Below, one piece after another: positions 38,360-54,938 of a stretch of 64,000 nucleotides of DNA. The position numbers and the translations under genes are program-made. The DNA comes from Eledone cirrhosa. Lineage: Eukaryota. The notes under the pieces were generated by a model. That model made no database searches. It was not told the origin of the DNA and saw nothing but the letters and a program-made list of their open reading frames with translations. The stretch spans positions 1,364,001 to 1,428,000 of the forward strand of contig OZ024764.1 of NCBI GenBank assembly GCA_964016885.1. Direction: 5' to 3'. How positions within the stretch are numbered: the stretch's first letter is position 1; each line of letters begins with the position of its first letter.

Positions 38360-38585
38360 AGGGCGGTGAATTGACAGTATTGGTAGAGGGCTGGACGCCA
38401 TGCCTTGACGCATAGAGTTACGGCCCTTGCCATTCTAAGTTCAAATCCCGCCGAAGTTAACTTTGCCTTTCATCCTTACAGGGTAGATAAAATAAAGTAC
38501 CAGTAATGCACGGGGGTTGATAAAATAAAGTACCAGTAATCTACTGGGTAATTGCTGGCCTTGTGCCAAAAGTAGAAACAATTAT
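38360..38585 (+). mobile_element. tRNA-derived SINE family 3 (copies 43866-44040 +, 55978-56160 +, 61617-61800 -, partial 5735-5815)
   Basis: B box GTTCAAATCC, then CTTTGCCTTTCATCCTTAC.GGG..GATAAAATAAAGTACCAGT. The 55978 copy has a TTATATAATTAAAT target-site duplication. Confidence 0.85.
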
Positions 38586-38591
38586 TATTAT

Positions 38592-38709
<118 letters not shown>

Positions 38710-38949
38710 GAAGGAAATGTGGTAAGGAACCAGGTGGACCATAACGCACCAAAGTACTCAATACTTATGGTAGTAGAGTGGGTAATATAAAACAAGTAGG
38801 ATCCCGACGGCAGAGCTCAAGCCGTTTCGACGGCTAATTCTGGAATTCCAGAATTAGCCGTCGGGGTCCTACTCGTTCCTATATATATATATATATAAAT
38901 ATATATATAAAGAAGAAATTAAAAGATGGTTAAAAAAGTTCCATATATT

Positions 38950-39655
38950 ATAATAATGAAATTATTGTGTACAGTGCTCAGGTGCACTACAACTCATCAA
39001 AGGTGCATGTATAGTACATAGAATAATGTACAAATGTCAGGAAAATGAACAGTGTATGAGTCATGATATAATAACAATAACAATAATGAAATATAGGTGC
39101 ACCACAACTCATCAAAAAAGTGCATGTACAGTACATAGGGCAATGCACAAACATCAGTAAAATGAACAGTGCACGAGTCATGATACACACATGTGTGCAT
39201 GTGTATGGAAGGGGTACATCAGGTGTAGTTTTGGCATATTTCGGGAAGCATGAGTGTCTTAAAGGATGCAGTGTCTCGGCAGCTAACAACTGACGCAGGC
39301 AGTTTGTTCCATGCTTCAGCAACTCTGAGCGTGAAAAAATGTCTACGAAAGTCATGGGAGCTGTGCTGTTTTCTGATCTTGTAGGCATGTCCACGTGTGT
39401 TAGACACATGGAGATGAAAGAGGCGCTCAGGGTTGCAATTGGCGAGATGGTTAAAAACTTTGTGGGTATTCACCAAGTCCATTGCCAGACGTCGGAGCTT
39501 CAATGAATCCATGCCCAGGGAAGCAAGGCGTTCAGAGTATGGTAGGTGTCTGATGGAGGGTATGCGCTTGGTTGCACGTCTCTGAACAGTTTCCAGGAGG
39601 TCAATGTTCTGAGCAAGATAGGGGTTCCAGACTGATGATGCGAATTCCAATGCAC
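38950..39655 (-). mobile_element. CR1-clade LINE 3' fragment with duplicated 3' UTR
   Basis: ORF 39219..39671: LEFASSVWNP..LETVQRRATK..YSERL..L..RR..TRGH..FFTLRVAEAWNKLP. Confidence 0.9.
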
Positions 39656-39856
39656 ATTTCGAAAACAACATAATCCTGGCACAAAAATTGTGTTCTCATC
39701 AGATAAAATAAGGTAACATGTGAACAAGGAAGTGTTCAGTCAACATATTTTGACTGGACACTTTCCTGTTCATAAGTGTTTTCAGCCATCATATCATGTT
39801 ACCTTATTTTATATGATGAGAAGACAATTTGTTTTCGAAATGCGCATTATAAAATA
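39650..39856. ncRNA. Inverted pair of hammerhead motifs (family E), each with one defect
   Basis: Plus 39805-39856: TATTTTAT-aTGATGA-GAAGAC(AATTT)GTTTTC-GAAA-TGCGCA-TT^ATAAAATA, with core C3 changed to A. Minus 39650-39710 has an intact CTGATGA but has lost the stem I 3' arm at the CR1 junction. Confidence 0.6.
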
Positions 39857-39979
39857 TATGGAACTTTTTTAACCATCTTTTAATTTCTTCTTTATATATA
39901 TACTCCAGCTCTACCAACAGTTGAGTGCTACTTATCTGATATATGCATAGTTTTATTGTTCTACAATATTACTCACCTC

Positions 39980-43210
<3,231 letters not shown>

Positions 43211-43389
43211 TGTGTGTATATAATGTTGGAAGAGTGTGGAGTGATGACTGAGGAGATAGGAGTGGTGAGGTGGAGGTGGTGGTGTGTAGATGGAAGGGGG
43301 AGGTTGTGTTCTGATGGGGTGTGGTATGGTGTGGAGGTGCTAGGTCAGGGCTGGGGGGCTGGGGCGTGTAGGACCAGAGTCATGTGTTG

Positions 43390-43862
43390 ATGGTGGGGCA
43401 TTGTAGGTGTGTGTGGTGTGGTGGTGGTGATGTGGTGGCGGTAGTGGTGCTGTGGTGGTGGTGGTGGTGGGGGTGGTGGTGGTGTATATGGTAGAGGTGG
43501 TGGTGGTGGTGGTGTAGTGCTGGTGGTGTAGTGGTGGTGATGTGGTGGCGGTAGTGGTAGTGGTGGTGAGGTGGTGGGGGTGTGGTGTGGTGGGGGTGGT
43601 GGTGTGGATGTGGTGTATATGGTAGAGGTGGTGGTGGTGTAGTGGTGGTGGTGGTGGGAGTTGTGGCGGTGGTGTAGTGGTGGTGGTGTGGTGGTGGTGG
43701 TGGTGTGGTGTATATGGTAGAGGTGGTGGTGGGAGTTGTGGTAGTGGTGTGGTGGTGGTGGTGTAGTGGTCGTGGTGGTGGTGGTGGTGGTGGTAGTGTA
43801 GTGGTGGTGGTGTGGCGGAGTGGTGTATATGGTAGAGGTGGTGTAGTGGTGGTGGTGGGGGT
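43390..43862. repeat. (GGT)n-rich tract
   Basis: GGT/AGT triplets. Confidence 0.9.
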
Positions 43863-44319
43863 GTGGAGGATTGGCAGTATCGGTAGAGAGTCGGACGCCA
43901 CGCGTCCCTTTACGATCTGAGTTCAAATCCCGCCGAGGTTAACTTTGCCTTTCATCCTTACGGGGTCGATAAAATAAAATAAAAGTACCAGTAATGTACT
44001 GGGGTAATTGCTGGCCTTGTGCCAAAAGTAGAAACAATCAATTAATTCTATCGTGCAATGCCTGTGCGTGAAGATATGTTTTAAAGTGAGGAAAGACTGT
44101 GCACTGAGCCAATCCCACTCTCTGAGAGACAGTAGCTATAACCTGAGAAGAAGAAAAGATCAACATCATCTGTAACTACTGAGCTGCAGGTTTTATATGG
44201 GAGTTATCCCAGTTTCCTGAGTTACCTTCTCCTAGAAGAAGGCCCTGAGAAAGGCTAGGGGTCCTTCACTTCCAGTGGTTTATATATATATATATATATA
44301 CACCGGCACCATTGAGTCC

Positions 44320-45665
44320 TCCACCACTACCACTACACCATTACCACCACCACTATACCAACACCACCACTACACCACCACCACTACTACACCACCACCA
44401 CTACACCACCACCACTACTACACCATGACCACCACTACACCATTACCACCACCACTACACCACTACACCACCACTACTACACCAACACCACCACCATTAC
44501 ACCACCACCACTACACCAACACACCACCACCACTACACCAACACCACCACCACCACTACACCACAACCACCACCACCACTACCACCACCACTACACCAAC
44601 ACCACCACCACTACACCAACACCACCACCACCACCACTACACCACCACCACCACCACTACACCACCACCACTACACCAACACCACCACCACCACCACTAC
44701 ACCAACACCACCACCACCACCACTATACCACCATCACTACACCAACACCACCACCACTACACCACCACTACACCAACACCACCACCACCACTACACCACC
44801 ACCACCACTACACCAACACCACCACCACCACTACACCACCACCACCACCACCACCACCACTACACCACCACCACCACCACCACCACCACTACACCACCAC
44901 CACTACTACACCACCGCCACCACCACCACCGCTACCACCACCACCTGTGTGTATAGATTTGTGTATGTATATTTGTGTGTGTGTATATATTTGTGTGTGT
45001 GTGTATATATTTGTGTGTTTATAGATTTGTGTGTGTGTATATTTGTGTGTTTGTGTGTATATTTGTGTGTTTGTGTATATTTGTGTGTGTGTGTGTATAT
45101 TTGTGTGTTTGTGTGTATATTTGTGTGTGTGTTTCTCTGTGTTTGTGTATATATTTGTGTGTGTGTATATTTGTGTGTTTGTGTGTATATTTGTGTGTGT
45201 GTGTATATTTGTGTGTTTGTGTGTATATTTGTGTGTTTGTGTGTATATATTTGTGTGTGTGTATATTTGTCTGTTTGTGTGTATATTTGTGTGTGTGTGT
45301 ATATTTCTGTGTGTGTATATTTGTGTTTGTGTGTATATTTGTGTGTGTGTGTATATTTGTGTGTTTGTGTATATATTTGTGTGTTTGTGTGTATATTTGT
45401 GTATTTGTGTGTGTGTGTATATTTGTCTGTGTGTGTATATTTGTGTGTTTGTGTATATATTTGTGTGTTTGTGTATATATTTGTGTGTTTGTGTATATAT
45501 TTGTGCGTGTATATTTATATGTGTGTGAGTTTATAAGTTTGTATGTTTATGTATGTGTGTGGTTAAGTATGTATATGTGCTTATGTATGTGTGTATATGT
45601 TTGCTTGGTTACGTGTGTTTGTGTGTGTGTGTTACTGTGTCTTTATGTGTGTGTTTGTGTGTGTG
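44320..45665. repeat. (CAC/TAC)n tract followed by a (TG)n-TATATT-TG compound repeat
   Basis: CAC-rich at 44320-44945; GTGTGTATATTT-type units at 44946-45665. Confidence 0.9.
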
Positions 45666-45940
45666 AAATATGAAAAACCATGACATGAAAAGAATAACAA
45701 CAACAACAACAACAAAATAAACAATAACAACAATATCTGTGAAGGAATAATCAATTCACACACACACGCATATATATGTATACATGAATATATATATATA
45801 TATATATATACATGAATGTATGTATAGTATATTTGACAATACACTGTATGTTTAATTAAAAACATTTAGAAGACCATACGCTATCAGTTTTAAAGTAGTG
45901 ACTGTATCACTTACTTCTTTTGGGCGAAAGAAGGGAGAGA

Positions 45941-45983
45941 AGCTGACAGTCTGTTTCACGCTTGTTTGGCCTTCATCAGAGCC
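45941..45983 (-). ncRNA. Hammerhead motif (family F) in a ~270-bp repeat (45815-46075)
   Basis: Reverse complement: GGCT-CTGATGA-(weak stem II)-GAAA-CAG(A)CTG-TC^AGCT, GUC triplet. Homologous to 56345-56610. Confidence 0.55.
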
Positions 45984-47102
45984 ATGTACTTCCATGCTTT
46001 CACCAAAAATTATAGAAGCTGGATTCTTATAGAATTCCAGTAATAATCAAGAGCTGATTATAGAGAGCAATTGCTGGTCCAGTAAAAATTAGGTATCATC
46101 ATCATCATCATCATCATTTTACGTTCTCTTTTCCCTGCTTGCAAGGGTATATATATATAAGGCCTATATATATATATATATATATATATATAGGCCTTGC
46201 AATCGAAAGGTTGTGAGTTCAATTCTCAGACCGGGTGATGTGTTGTTTCCTTGAGCAAGACACTTTATTTCACATTGCTCCAGTTTACTCAGCTGTAGAA
46301 ATGAGATGATAGGGACTGGGGTCCCTATTTCACTGTGAAGTGATCGTGGAGGTGCCACGGCAAAAAAGCACCCAGCACTCACTGTAAATGAGGTTGGTGT
46401 TAGGAAGGGCATCCAGCTGTAGAAATCAAGTCAGAATCAGTTCCTGTCCCACTCTTGCAAGCAGGGAAAAAGCGGACGTAAAATGATGATGATGATATAT
46501 ATATAAATATATATATATATATAACGAAGGAAGTTTGGTAAGGAACCAGATGGACCGTAAGGCACCAGAGATTCAATACTTAGGGTAGTAGAGTGGGTAA
46601 TAGGAAAAAGTTTAACCCCGATGGCAGAGCTCAAGCCGTTTCTACGGCTATTTCTGGACTAAATTAGAATTTTTAGCCTGGTAATAAATAGCCGAACTTT
46701 CCAAGGGGTAATTCCTTATATGGGAGGATTGTAGTTGTCAAAAGGATTGGTCAAAATTTCTTATAAACACAATTAAGTCTATCATGGCAGTGGGTGGGAG
46801 GTGGGGGGTGGGTGAACTTGCCTGTAGAACAATGAGGGAGTGGGTGGAGCTGGTCAAGCGTTGAAAGTGAATTCTCTACAACAAATTCTAAGGAGTGTGT
46901 ATGAAATTAGGGTAGGTGGAAAGCAGGTGAAAAAGAAATCTGAGAGTGGGACGTTATAAAATTAAATGGTTAATAAATTGAGATTAAAATAAAAAAATAA
47001 TAATAAAAAAATTAAATAGTAACAAATAATAAAAAATCTCTAGAGTCTAAAGCAGCTGCCATATTTTTAGCTGGTATTGCGTTTTCGGTCAATTCTATAT
47101 AG

Positions 47103-47433
47103 CAGGGGTTCTCAACCTGGTCCCTGTGGACCACTAGTGGCCCACAGGAAAATTCAGGTGGTCCACAGAAAATTTTCAATAGCAAATTCTCTTTTGATCC
47201 ATGCATTTGACTTAAAGCGCTGTTCTTATTCTTTGCATAAGTACGACTTCAGCTGTTTATTTGCATAGATTTTTAGGCACTGCGACATGATAATAGCATT
47301 TTCTAATTAATTGAAAAAAAGCATCTACTGATGCTTATAAGTAGCAGTTCTATTACAAGATTTAAAAGTTTAGGTGGTCCACAGGAAAAAATTACTTATT
47401 AGTCTACAGCGAAAAAAAGGTTGAAAACCCCTG
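47103..47433. mobile_element. hAT-superfamily MITE
   Basis: TIRs CAGGGGTTCTCAACC and GGTTGAAAACCCCTG; perfect 8-bp TSD CTATATAG at 47095-47102 and 47434-47441. Confidence 0.9.
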
Positions 47434-47658
47434 CTATATAGAATTTACTGGGGTGGGGGTACTGAGGCTAAAAAAGCCCAAAGGGCTGCCTCAGGGTAAG
47501 CGGAAGAGGAAAAAAGAAAAGGAAGAGGAGAGGGAGTGGAAGGAAGTGATAAGAAGAGATTAAGGGAAAAAAGAAAAGAATTACATCTACCTATGTATGC
47601 TGGGGTTTCCCCAATCTTGTTCGGCAAGTGGGGTAAAGAAGGATGTTGCAGCCATTTT

Positions 47659-48321
47659 CTACCCACCAGGGTCATGAGGGGGTTTGAGGGTGAGGTAAGT
47701 CCTACACAATCGGTGTTTACAAGCGGTTACAAGTTCGTAGTTTTTGTTTAGGAGTTGGTCCTTCGTGAACAGCATTTGTAATGTTTCCTCCGAGCATAAG
47801 TTACACGGACGGCGTCCTCCCATGTAAGAGTTGGCTCTGGACAGTAAACTCCAAGTGAGATTGTAGGTTATATTATTATCTTGGAGGTCCCAGATGTGGC
47901 CCGAAAGTGTAGTGGCATGTCGCCGGACCGGGTTTCGGAAAGTATGTCGGTGTTGGTCGAGCCGGGTCTTGAAGTCACACGCGATTAATCCTATATAAGC
48001 TTTATTGGAGGTGTCCGTCCTCACGTTGCACTGGTAGATCACGTTACAATCTCGGCATCTGTTGTTGAGGGGGCAAAGGGATCTATCAGGACAGTTACAC
48101 TTCCTGGTCGGCTCTCCACTGCTGTCTAGGTTATTTCTTCCATAGGGGTTGAGTTTTTTGTTGTTTGAGGAGACGATGTTTTGTGCAAAGTTAGGTGTGG
48201 TGCTGTAGGAGAGTTTGATGGTGTTTTTGTTGATTATGTTGTGGTAGCGGTGTTGTAGTGGGAAGTGTTTTTCGAGGAGCCTAAAGAAGATTTTTCCCGA
48301 TAGGTGTTGCCACCTCGGCAT
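47659..48321 (-). pseudogene. PLE C-terminal linker and GIY-YIG endonuclease (no RT; frameshifted upstream)
   Basis: LLEKHFP..IKLSYS, CNC..CPL..C, NVIY..AYIG..FKTR..H..F, CNLCSEE, LLNK..E..CKH. WFNPP lies just upstream in another frame. Confidence 0.88.
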
Positions 48322-48952
48322 TGTGGGGAGGGTTGAACCACGTTACGTTGCGTGAGCGGTGGCATCGCCTGCTGGTTCCGCTAAGGGAAGCTGGATAAAA
48401 GGAGATTTCCTCCCGAAAGCCGCTTCGCTTGAGGGCCTGGTTCTAATTAGGCGCATGTTCATCAAAAATCTGCTCATTAGCGTACATATGAGATATGCGG
48501 AGAGAGATGTTTTTAACCAGGTTATTGGTGATGTTTCTAGGATGGTCTCAGATTTCTTTTTCGCCTGCTTTCCACCTAGCCTATTTTCATACACACTCCT
48601 TAGAATTCACTGTATTGAATTCACTTTCAACGCTTGACCAGTTCTACCCACTCCCTCATTGTTCTACAGGAAAGTTCAGCCACCCTCACCCCCCACCCAC
48701 CGCCATGAAAGACTTAATTGTGTTTAGAAGGAATTGCCCCTTGAAAAGTTCGGCTATTTAGTTACCAGGCTAAAAATTCTAATTTAGTCCAGAAATAGCC
48801 GTCGAAACGGCTTGAGCTCTGCCGTCGGGGTTAAACTTTTTTCTATATATATATATATATATATGTTTATTCCGGGTTTAATCGGGGGTAACCACAGTAA
48901 GTAAGGTACTCAATACATAGCAGAGTATAAATATTTAATATAGAAATGGATT

Positions 48953-50935
48953 CTGCTTTTCCCTGCTTGCAAGGGTGGTACAGGTCCTATTCAGCATCTC
49001 TCCACTTGTCACGGTCCTTCGTCATCTCCTCTGTGAGCTTCAGCAATCTAAGGTCTGCTCTCACCACCTCCGCCCATGATTTTTGTGGTCTTTTTCTACT
49101 GCGTCTTCCTTCTACTGGGATTTCTTGGCACTTCTTTACCCAGCAGTCATCCTCCATGTACATCACATGTCCATACCATCTCAGTCTTCTCTCCCGCACA
49201 CTACAACTTATCACTCTTATACACAATTTCTCTCTCAACACATCACATGTCCATACCATCTCAGTCTTCTCTCCCGCACACTACAACTTATCCCTTTTAT
49301 ACACAGTTTCTCTCTCAACACATCACATGTCCATACCATCTCAGTCTTCTCTCCCGCACACTACAACTTATCCCTCTTATACACAATTTCTCTCTCAACA
49401 CATCACATGTCCATACCATCTCAGTCTTCTCTCCCGCACACTACAACTTATCCCTCTTATACACAGTTTCTCTCTCAACACATCACATGTCCATACCATC
49501 TCAGTCTTCTCTCCCACACACCACAACTTATCCCTCTTATACACAGTTTCTCTCTCAACACACCACATGTCCATACCATCTCAGTCTTCTCTCCCGCACA
49601 CTACAACTTATTCCTCTTATACACAGTTTCTCTCTCAACACATCACATGTCCATACCATCTCAGTCTTCTCTCCCACACACCACAACTTATCCCTCTTAT
49701 ACACAATTTCTCTCTCAACACATCACAGGTCCATACCATCTCAGTCTTCTCTCTCACACACTACAACTTATCCCTCTTATACACAATTTCTCTCTCAACA
49801 CATCACATGTCCATGCCATCTCAGTCTTCTCTCTCACACACTACAACTTATCCCTCTCATACACATTTTCTCTCTCAACACATCACATGTCCATACCATC
49901 TCAGTCTTCTCTCCCACACACCACAACTTATCCCTCTTATACACCGTTTCTCTCTCAACACATCACATGTCCATACCATCTCAGTCTTCTCTCCCACACA
50001 CCACAACTTATCCCTCTTATACACCGTTTCTCTCTCAACACATCACATGTCCATGCCATCTCAGTCTTCTCTCCCACACACCACAACTTATCCCTCTTAT
50101 ACCCAGTTTCTCTCTCAACACATCACATGTCCATGCCATCTCAGTCTTCTCTCTCACACACTACAACTTATCCCTCTTATACCCAGTTTCTCTCTCAACA
50201 TATCACATGTCCATGCCATCTCAGTCTTCTCTCTCACACACTACAACTTATCCCTCTTATACACAATTTCTCTCTCAACACATCACAGGTCCATACCATC
50301 TCAGTCTTCTCTCTCACACACTACAACTTATCCCTCTTATACACAGTTTCTCTCTCAACACATCACATGTCCATACCATCTCAGTCTTCTCTCCCACACA
50401 CCACAACTTATCCCTCTTATACACAGTTTCTCTCTCAACACATCACATGTCCATACCATCTCAGTCTTCTCTCTCACACACCACAACTTATCCCTCTTAT
50501 ACCCAGTTTCTCTCTCAACACATCACATGTCCATGCCATCTCAGTCTTCTCTCTCACACACTACAACCTATCCCTCTCAGACACAGTTTCTCTCACAACT
50601 CATCCATGCTTGGTCGCTCACGTACATTGACATTGCACATCTATCGGAGCATGCTTGCCTCATTTCTCTCCAGCCATCAGATATCCTCTGCAGTTGCTGC
50701 CCATGTCTTACTACCATGCAGCATCACACATCTCACACAGGCATCATATAACCGGCCTTTCGTACGCAGGGAGAAACCCTTCTTTGTCAACAGAGTAAGC
50801 AGCTCCCTAAACTTTTTCCATCCTGTCCTTATTCTAGATACTATGGCCTCGGAGCACTCTCCTCACTTGCTAGTCTCATCACCAAGGTACTGGAAGCTAT
50901 CAACCACCTCTATAGATCCTACCTGCATCAGCTTA
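48953..50935 (-). mobile_element. RTE family-2 fragment expanded by an internal 80-bp minisatellite (18 copies, 49161-50580)
   Basis: CATCACATGT recurs every 80 bp from 49161 to 50521. The flanks align with the RTE at 32020-32646; the unit covers LREKLCIR.ISCSVRERRLRWYGHV. Confidence 0.93.
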
Positions 50936-51013
50936 ACATTTTTGATACCAGCTCTGCCTGAAACTGCCCTGCTTCTAACATAGAAAGTTAATATTTTAAA
51001 GTTGTTATTTTTG

Positions 51014-51428
51014 TATTTATCTAAAACCTTCCATCATAATTTTATGTAAGAACCTTTGTTAAGTTATGTTCCAAACAGCAACAGTGTCTTTCATTAGAAA
51101 TATGGTAATGAAAGGGTTAAAGTGTTTATATTTATCTAAAACCTTCCATCATAATTTTATGTAAGAACCTTTGTTAAGTTATGTTCCAAACACCAACAGT
51201 GTCTTTCATTAGAAATATGGTAATGAAAGGGTTAAAGTGTTTATATTTATCTAAAACCTTCCATCATAATTTTATGTAAGAACCTTTGTTAAGTTATGTT
51301 CCAAACACCAACAGTGTCTTTCATTAGAAATATGGTAATGAAAGGGTTAAAGTGTTTATATTTATCTAAAAACCTTCCATCATAATTTTATGTAAGAACC
51401 TTTGTTAAGTTATGTTCCACACACCAAC
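51014..51428. repeat. 115-bp tandem repeat (~3.6 copies)
   Basis: TATTTATCTAAAA at 51014, 51129, 51244 and 51359. The unit contains AAAGGG-TTAA, which resembles a piggyBac end (inference). Confidence 0.9.
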
Positions 51429-51539
51429 TTAACCATTTCATTACCAAACCAGCTGGTTCTATGATATAAAACTGTTTGTAAGTATTTATATTCACCCAGG
51501 ACGCCCCCACCCCCCTCAGTCACAGCAGTGGTGGTGGTG

Positions 51540-51559
51540 GTAGCAGTAGTAGTAGCAGT

Positions 51560-51612
<53 letters not shown>

Positions 51613-51868
51613 CAATAGTAGTAGTAGTAGCAGTAATATGATAATGAAATTATTGTGTACAGAGCTCAGGTGCACTACAACTCATCAAAGGTGCATGTAT
51701 AGTACATAGAATAATGTACAAATGTCAGGAAAGTGAACAGTGTATGAGTCATGATATACATGTGTGTGTGTATGGAGGAGAGATATTAGGTGTAGTAGCA
51801 GCAGTAGCAGCAGTAGCAGTAGTAGCAGTAGTAGTAGTAGCAGCAGTAGTAGCAGCAGTAGTAGTAGC

Positions 51869-51900
<32 letters not shown>

Positions 51901-52009
51901 CAGTAGTAGCAGTAGTAGTAGTGGTAGCAGTAGTAGTAGTAGTAGCAGCAGTAGCAGCAGTAGCAGCAGTAGCAGCAGTAGCAGTAGTAGTAGCAGCAAC
52001 AGTAGTAGC

Positions 52010-52050
<41 letters not shown>

Positions 52051-52507
52051 CAGCAGCAGCAGTAGTAATAGTAGCAGTAGTAGTAGTAGCAGTAGCAGTA
52101 GTGGTAGTAGTAGTAGTAGCAGTAGTAGCAGTAGTAGTAGCAGCAGTAGTAGTAGCAGTAGTAGCAGCAGTAGTAGTATCAGTAGTGGTAGTAGCAGTAG
52201 TAGTAGCAGCAGTAGTAGCAGCAGTAGTAGTAGCAGTAGTAGCAGTAGCAGTAGTAGTAGTAGTAGCAGTAGTAGTAGCAGCAGTAGTAGTAGCAGTAGT
52301 AGCAGTAGTAGTGGTAGTAGTAGTAGTGGTAGCAGTAGTAGCAGTAGTAGTAGCAGTAGTAGTAGTAGTAGTAGTAGTAGCAGTAGTAGCAGTAGTAGTG
52401 GTAGTAGTAGTAGTGGTAGCAGTAGTAGCAGTAGTAGTAGCAGCAGTAGTAGTAGCAGTAGTAGTAGCAGTAGTAGTAGCAGTAGTAGTAGCAGCAGTAG
52501 TAGTAGC

Positions 52508-52548
<41 letters not shown>

Positions 52549-52656
52549 TAGTAGCAGCAGTAGTAGCAGCAGTAGCAGCAGTAGTAGCAGCAGCAGTAGC
52601 AGTAGTAGTGGTAGTAGTAGCAGCAGTAGTAGTAGTAGCAGTAGTAGTAGTGGTAG
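51540..52656. repeat. (AGT/AGC)n trinucleotide tract interrupted by a CR1 3' UTR (51640-51794, -)
   Basis: About 860 bp of AGT/AGC triplets plus a shorter tract on the left. Confidence 0.95.
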
Positions 52657-53374
52657 TCTCCATTTGAAGTTTCCACATTTCAACAGTAAAACGTGATTTA
52701 AAAAATAATTAAGTTTTTTTTTTAAATTTCTTTATTTGTTTGTTTTGATCACGGGAATATTGAGGACTGAGGACTGGACAAAGACAGACGCCTACACACT
52801 TGTGTATATATATATGTGTGCGTGTGTATAAATGTGTGTGTGTTTATATATATATATATGTGTGTGTGTATACACATATATATATATATATATATATATA
52901 TTGCAATCGAAAGGTTGTGAGTTCAATTCTCAGACCGGGTGATGTGTTGTGTCCTTGAGCAAGACACTTTATTTCACATTGCTCCAGTTTACTCAGCTGT
53001 AGAAATGAGATGATAGGGACTGGGGTCCCTATCATTTCACTGCAAAGTGGTCGTGGAGGTGCCACGGCTAAAAAGCACCCAGCACTCACTGCAAAGTGGT
53101 CGCGGAGGTGCCACGGAACTAAAAGCACCCAGCACTCACTGTAAATGAGGTTGGTGTTAGGAAGGGCATCCAGCTGTAGAAATCAAGCCAGAATCAGTTC
53201 CCGTCCCACCCTTGCAAGCAGGGAGAAGCGGACGTAAAATGATGGTGATGAATGATGATGATACATATAAATACATACATGCATATATATATGTATATAT
53301 ATGTATACATTTATACATATATATATATATAAATACATACATGCATATATATATGTATATATGTGTATACATTT

Positions 53375-53409
<35 letters not shown>

Positions 53410-53410
<1 letters not shown>

Positions 53411-53605
53411 GTTATTCCGGGTTGAATCGGAGGTAACCACAGTAAGTAAGGTACTCAATACATAGCAGAGTATAACAGTTTTAATATAGATGAGATTCTA
53501 CAGGACTAGAACTGTTTCATTCATTAGAAATCATCAGGATTCCTGATGATTTCTAATGAATGAAACAGTTCTAGTCCTGTAGAATCTCATCTATATTAAA
53601 ACTGT
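53410..53605. mobile_element. Family-A element with a 65-bp-arm palindrome giving mirror hammerheads (+ 53537-53587, - 53493-53543)
   Basis: Palindrome 53475-53605 centred on 53540. Plus copy: GGATTC-CTGATGA-T.TTC(TAAT)GAA.T-GAAA-CAG..CTG-TA^GAATCT. Confidence 0.8.
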
Positions 53606-53654
53606 ATATATATATATATATATACGTGTATATATATATATATAAAAGGGGGAA

Positions 53655-53895
53655 ATAAAGGAGAAAAAAACACAGTCCACGCTGTAATGTGGTCGTGTAG
53701 GTAACACGGTAAAAAGTTCCCAGTTCCACACTGTAAATGTGGTTGGTGTTAGGAAGGGCATCCAACCATAAAAAACCTGCCAGATAGTCCTATACAAGTG
53801 AGATACGCTCACCCGACCAACCTTACCTCAAGTGGGACAACTCCCGTCTAACCCATGCTAGCGTGGAGGATAGACTTTAAACGATGATGATGATA
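53655..53895 (+). mobile_element. RTE family-1 3' UTR fragment (also 55003-55480 -, 58420-58928 +)
   Basis: CAGTCCACGCTGTAATGTGG..AGGAAGGGCATCC..TAAACGATGATG. Confidence 0.85.
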
Positions 53896-53988
53896 TGTAT
53901 ATAATTGTATTGACAGACGATCGACTTTCGTCAAATCGGACCGAGGAAACAATGTTAAATATATAAGAACCGTAGAGTAAATATTTAT

Positions 53989-54938
53989 TAAAATAACAGA
54001 TTAAAGTTTAAGCAAAGAATCGCTGCTTTCACCCTTGACGGGATCTTCTGAAACTAACAAAGTTTCCGTTCATTGCCAGAGAACGTCTCTATGAACCCCC
54101 TAATAGAATATTAGTCTACGACTTCTTTTATACCATAAACGTGGTTTTGTCTTTGCGTGCAATTGTTCTCCCCACTCCACGTATGACGTATTATCTTTGT
54201 TTTTTCCGTTCATTGCCAGAGAACGTCTCTATGAACCCCCTAATAGAATATTAGTCTATGACTTCTTTTATACCATAAACGTGGTTTTGTCTTTGCGTGT
54301 AATTGTTCTCCCCACTCCACGTATGACGTATTATCTTCGTTTTTTCCGTTCATTGCCAGAGAACGTCTCTATGAACCTCCTAATAGAATATTAGTCTACG
54401 ACTTCTTTTATACCATAAACGTGGTTTTGTCTTTGCGTGCAATTGTTCTCCCCACTCCACGTATGACGTATTATCTTTGTTTTTTCCGTTCATTGCCAGA
54501 GAACGTCTCTATGAACCCCCTAATAGAATATTAGTCTACGACTTCTTTTATACCATAAACGTGGTTTTGTCTTTGCGTGCAATTGTTCTCCCCGCTCCAC
54601 GTATGACGTATTATCTTTGTTTTTTCCGTTCATTGCCAGAGAACGTCTCTATGAACCCCCTAATAGAATATTAGTCTATGACTTCTTTTATACCATAAAC
54701 GTGGTTTTGTCTTTACGTGTAATTGTTTTTAACCGCTCCAAATAAAGATGTATTATATTCGTTTTTTCCCATTCTTTGCCAGGGAACGTTTCCACGAACC
54801 AAAGTATCGTCTTCCTGTCTTCCTCCGGTTGCAACTTTTTTTTAAATATTCACTTCTGCGTTCACAGATTGACTTTGTTAGTTTCAGAAGATCCCGTTAA
54901 GGGTGAAAGCAGCGATTCTTTACTTAAACTTTAATCTT

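Larger units (their letters stand above)
46522..48845 (-). mobile_element. Penelope-like element fragment bounded by ~300-bp inverted repeats
   Basis: 46601-46948 and 48546-48845 are reverse complements (one indel). A GIY-YIG ORF lies between them; both sides are flanked by (TA)n. Confidence 0.85.

Noticed and set aside
43390-44945. Complementary (GGT)n and (CAC)n tracts as a possible large hairpin
   Set aside because: Low-complexity complementarity only; interruption patterns and flanks do not mirror.
48946-50983. Three overlapping 515-635 aa plus-strand ORFs
   Set aside because: Antisense of an RTE 80-bp array that happens to lack stops in all three frames.
51685-52696. Poly-L/S/T/V ORFs and Pro/His-rich ORFs (43345-45024, 63321-63728)
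   Set aside because: Trinucleotide low-complexity DNA with no flanking domain or splice evidence.
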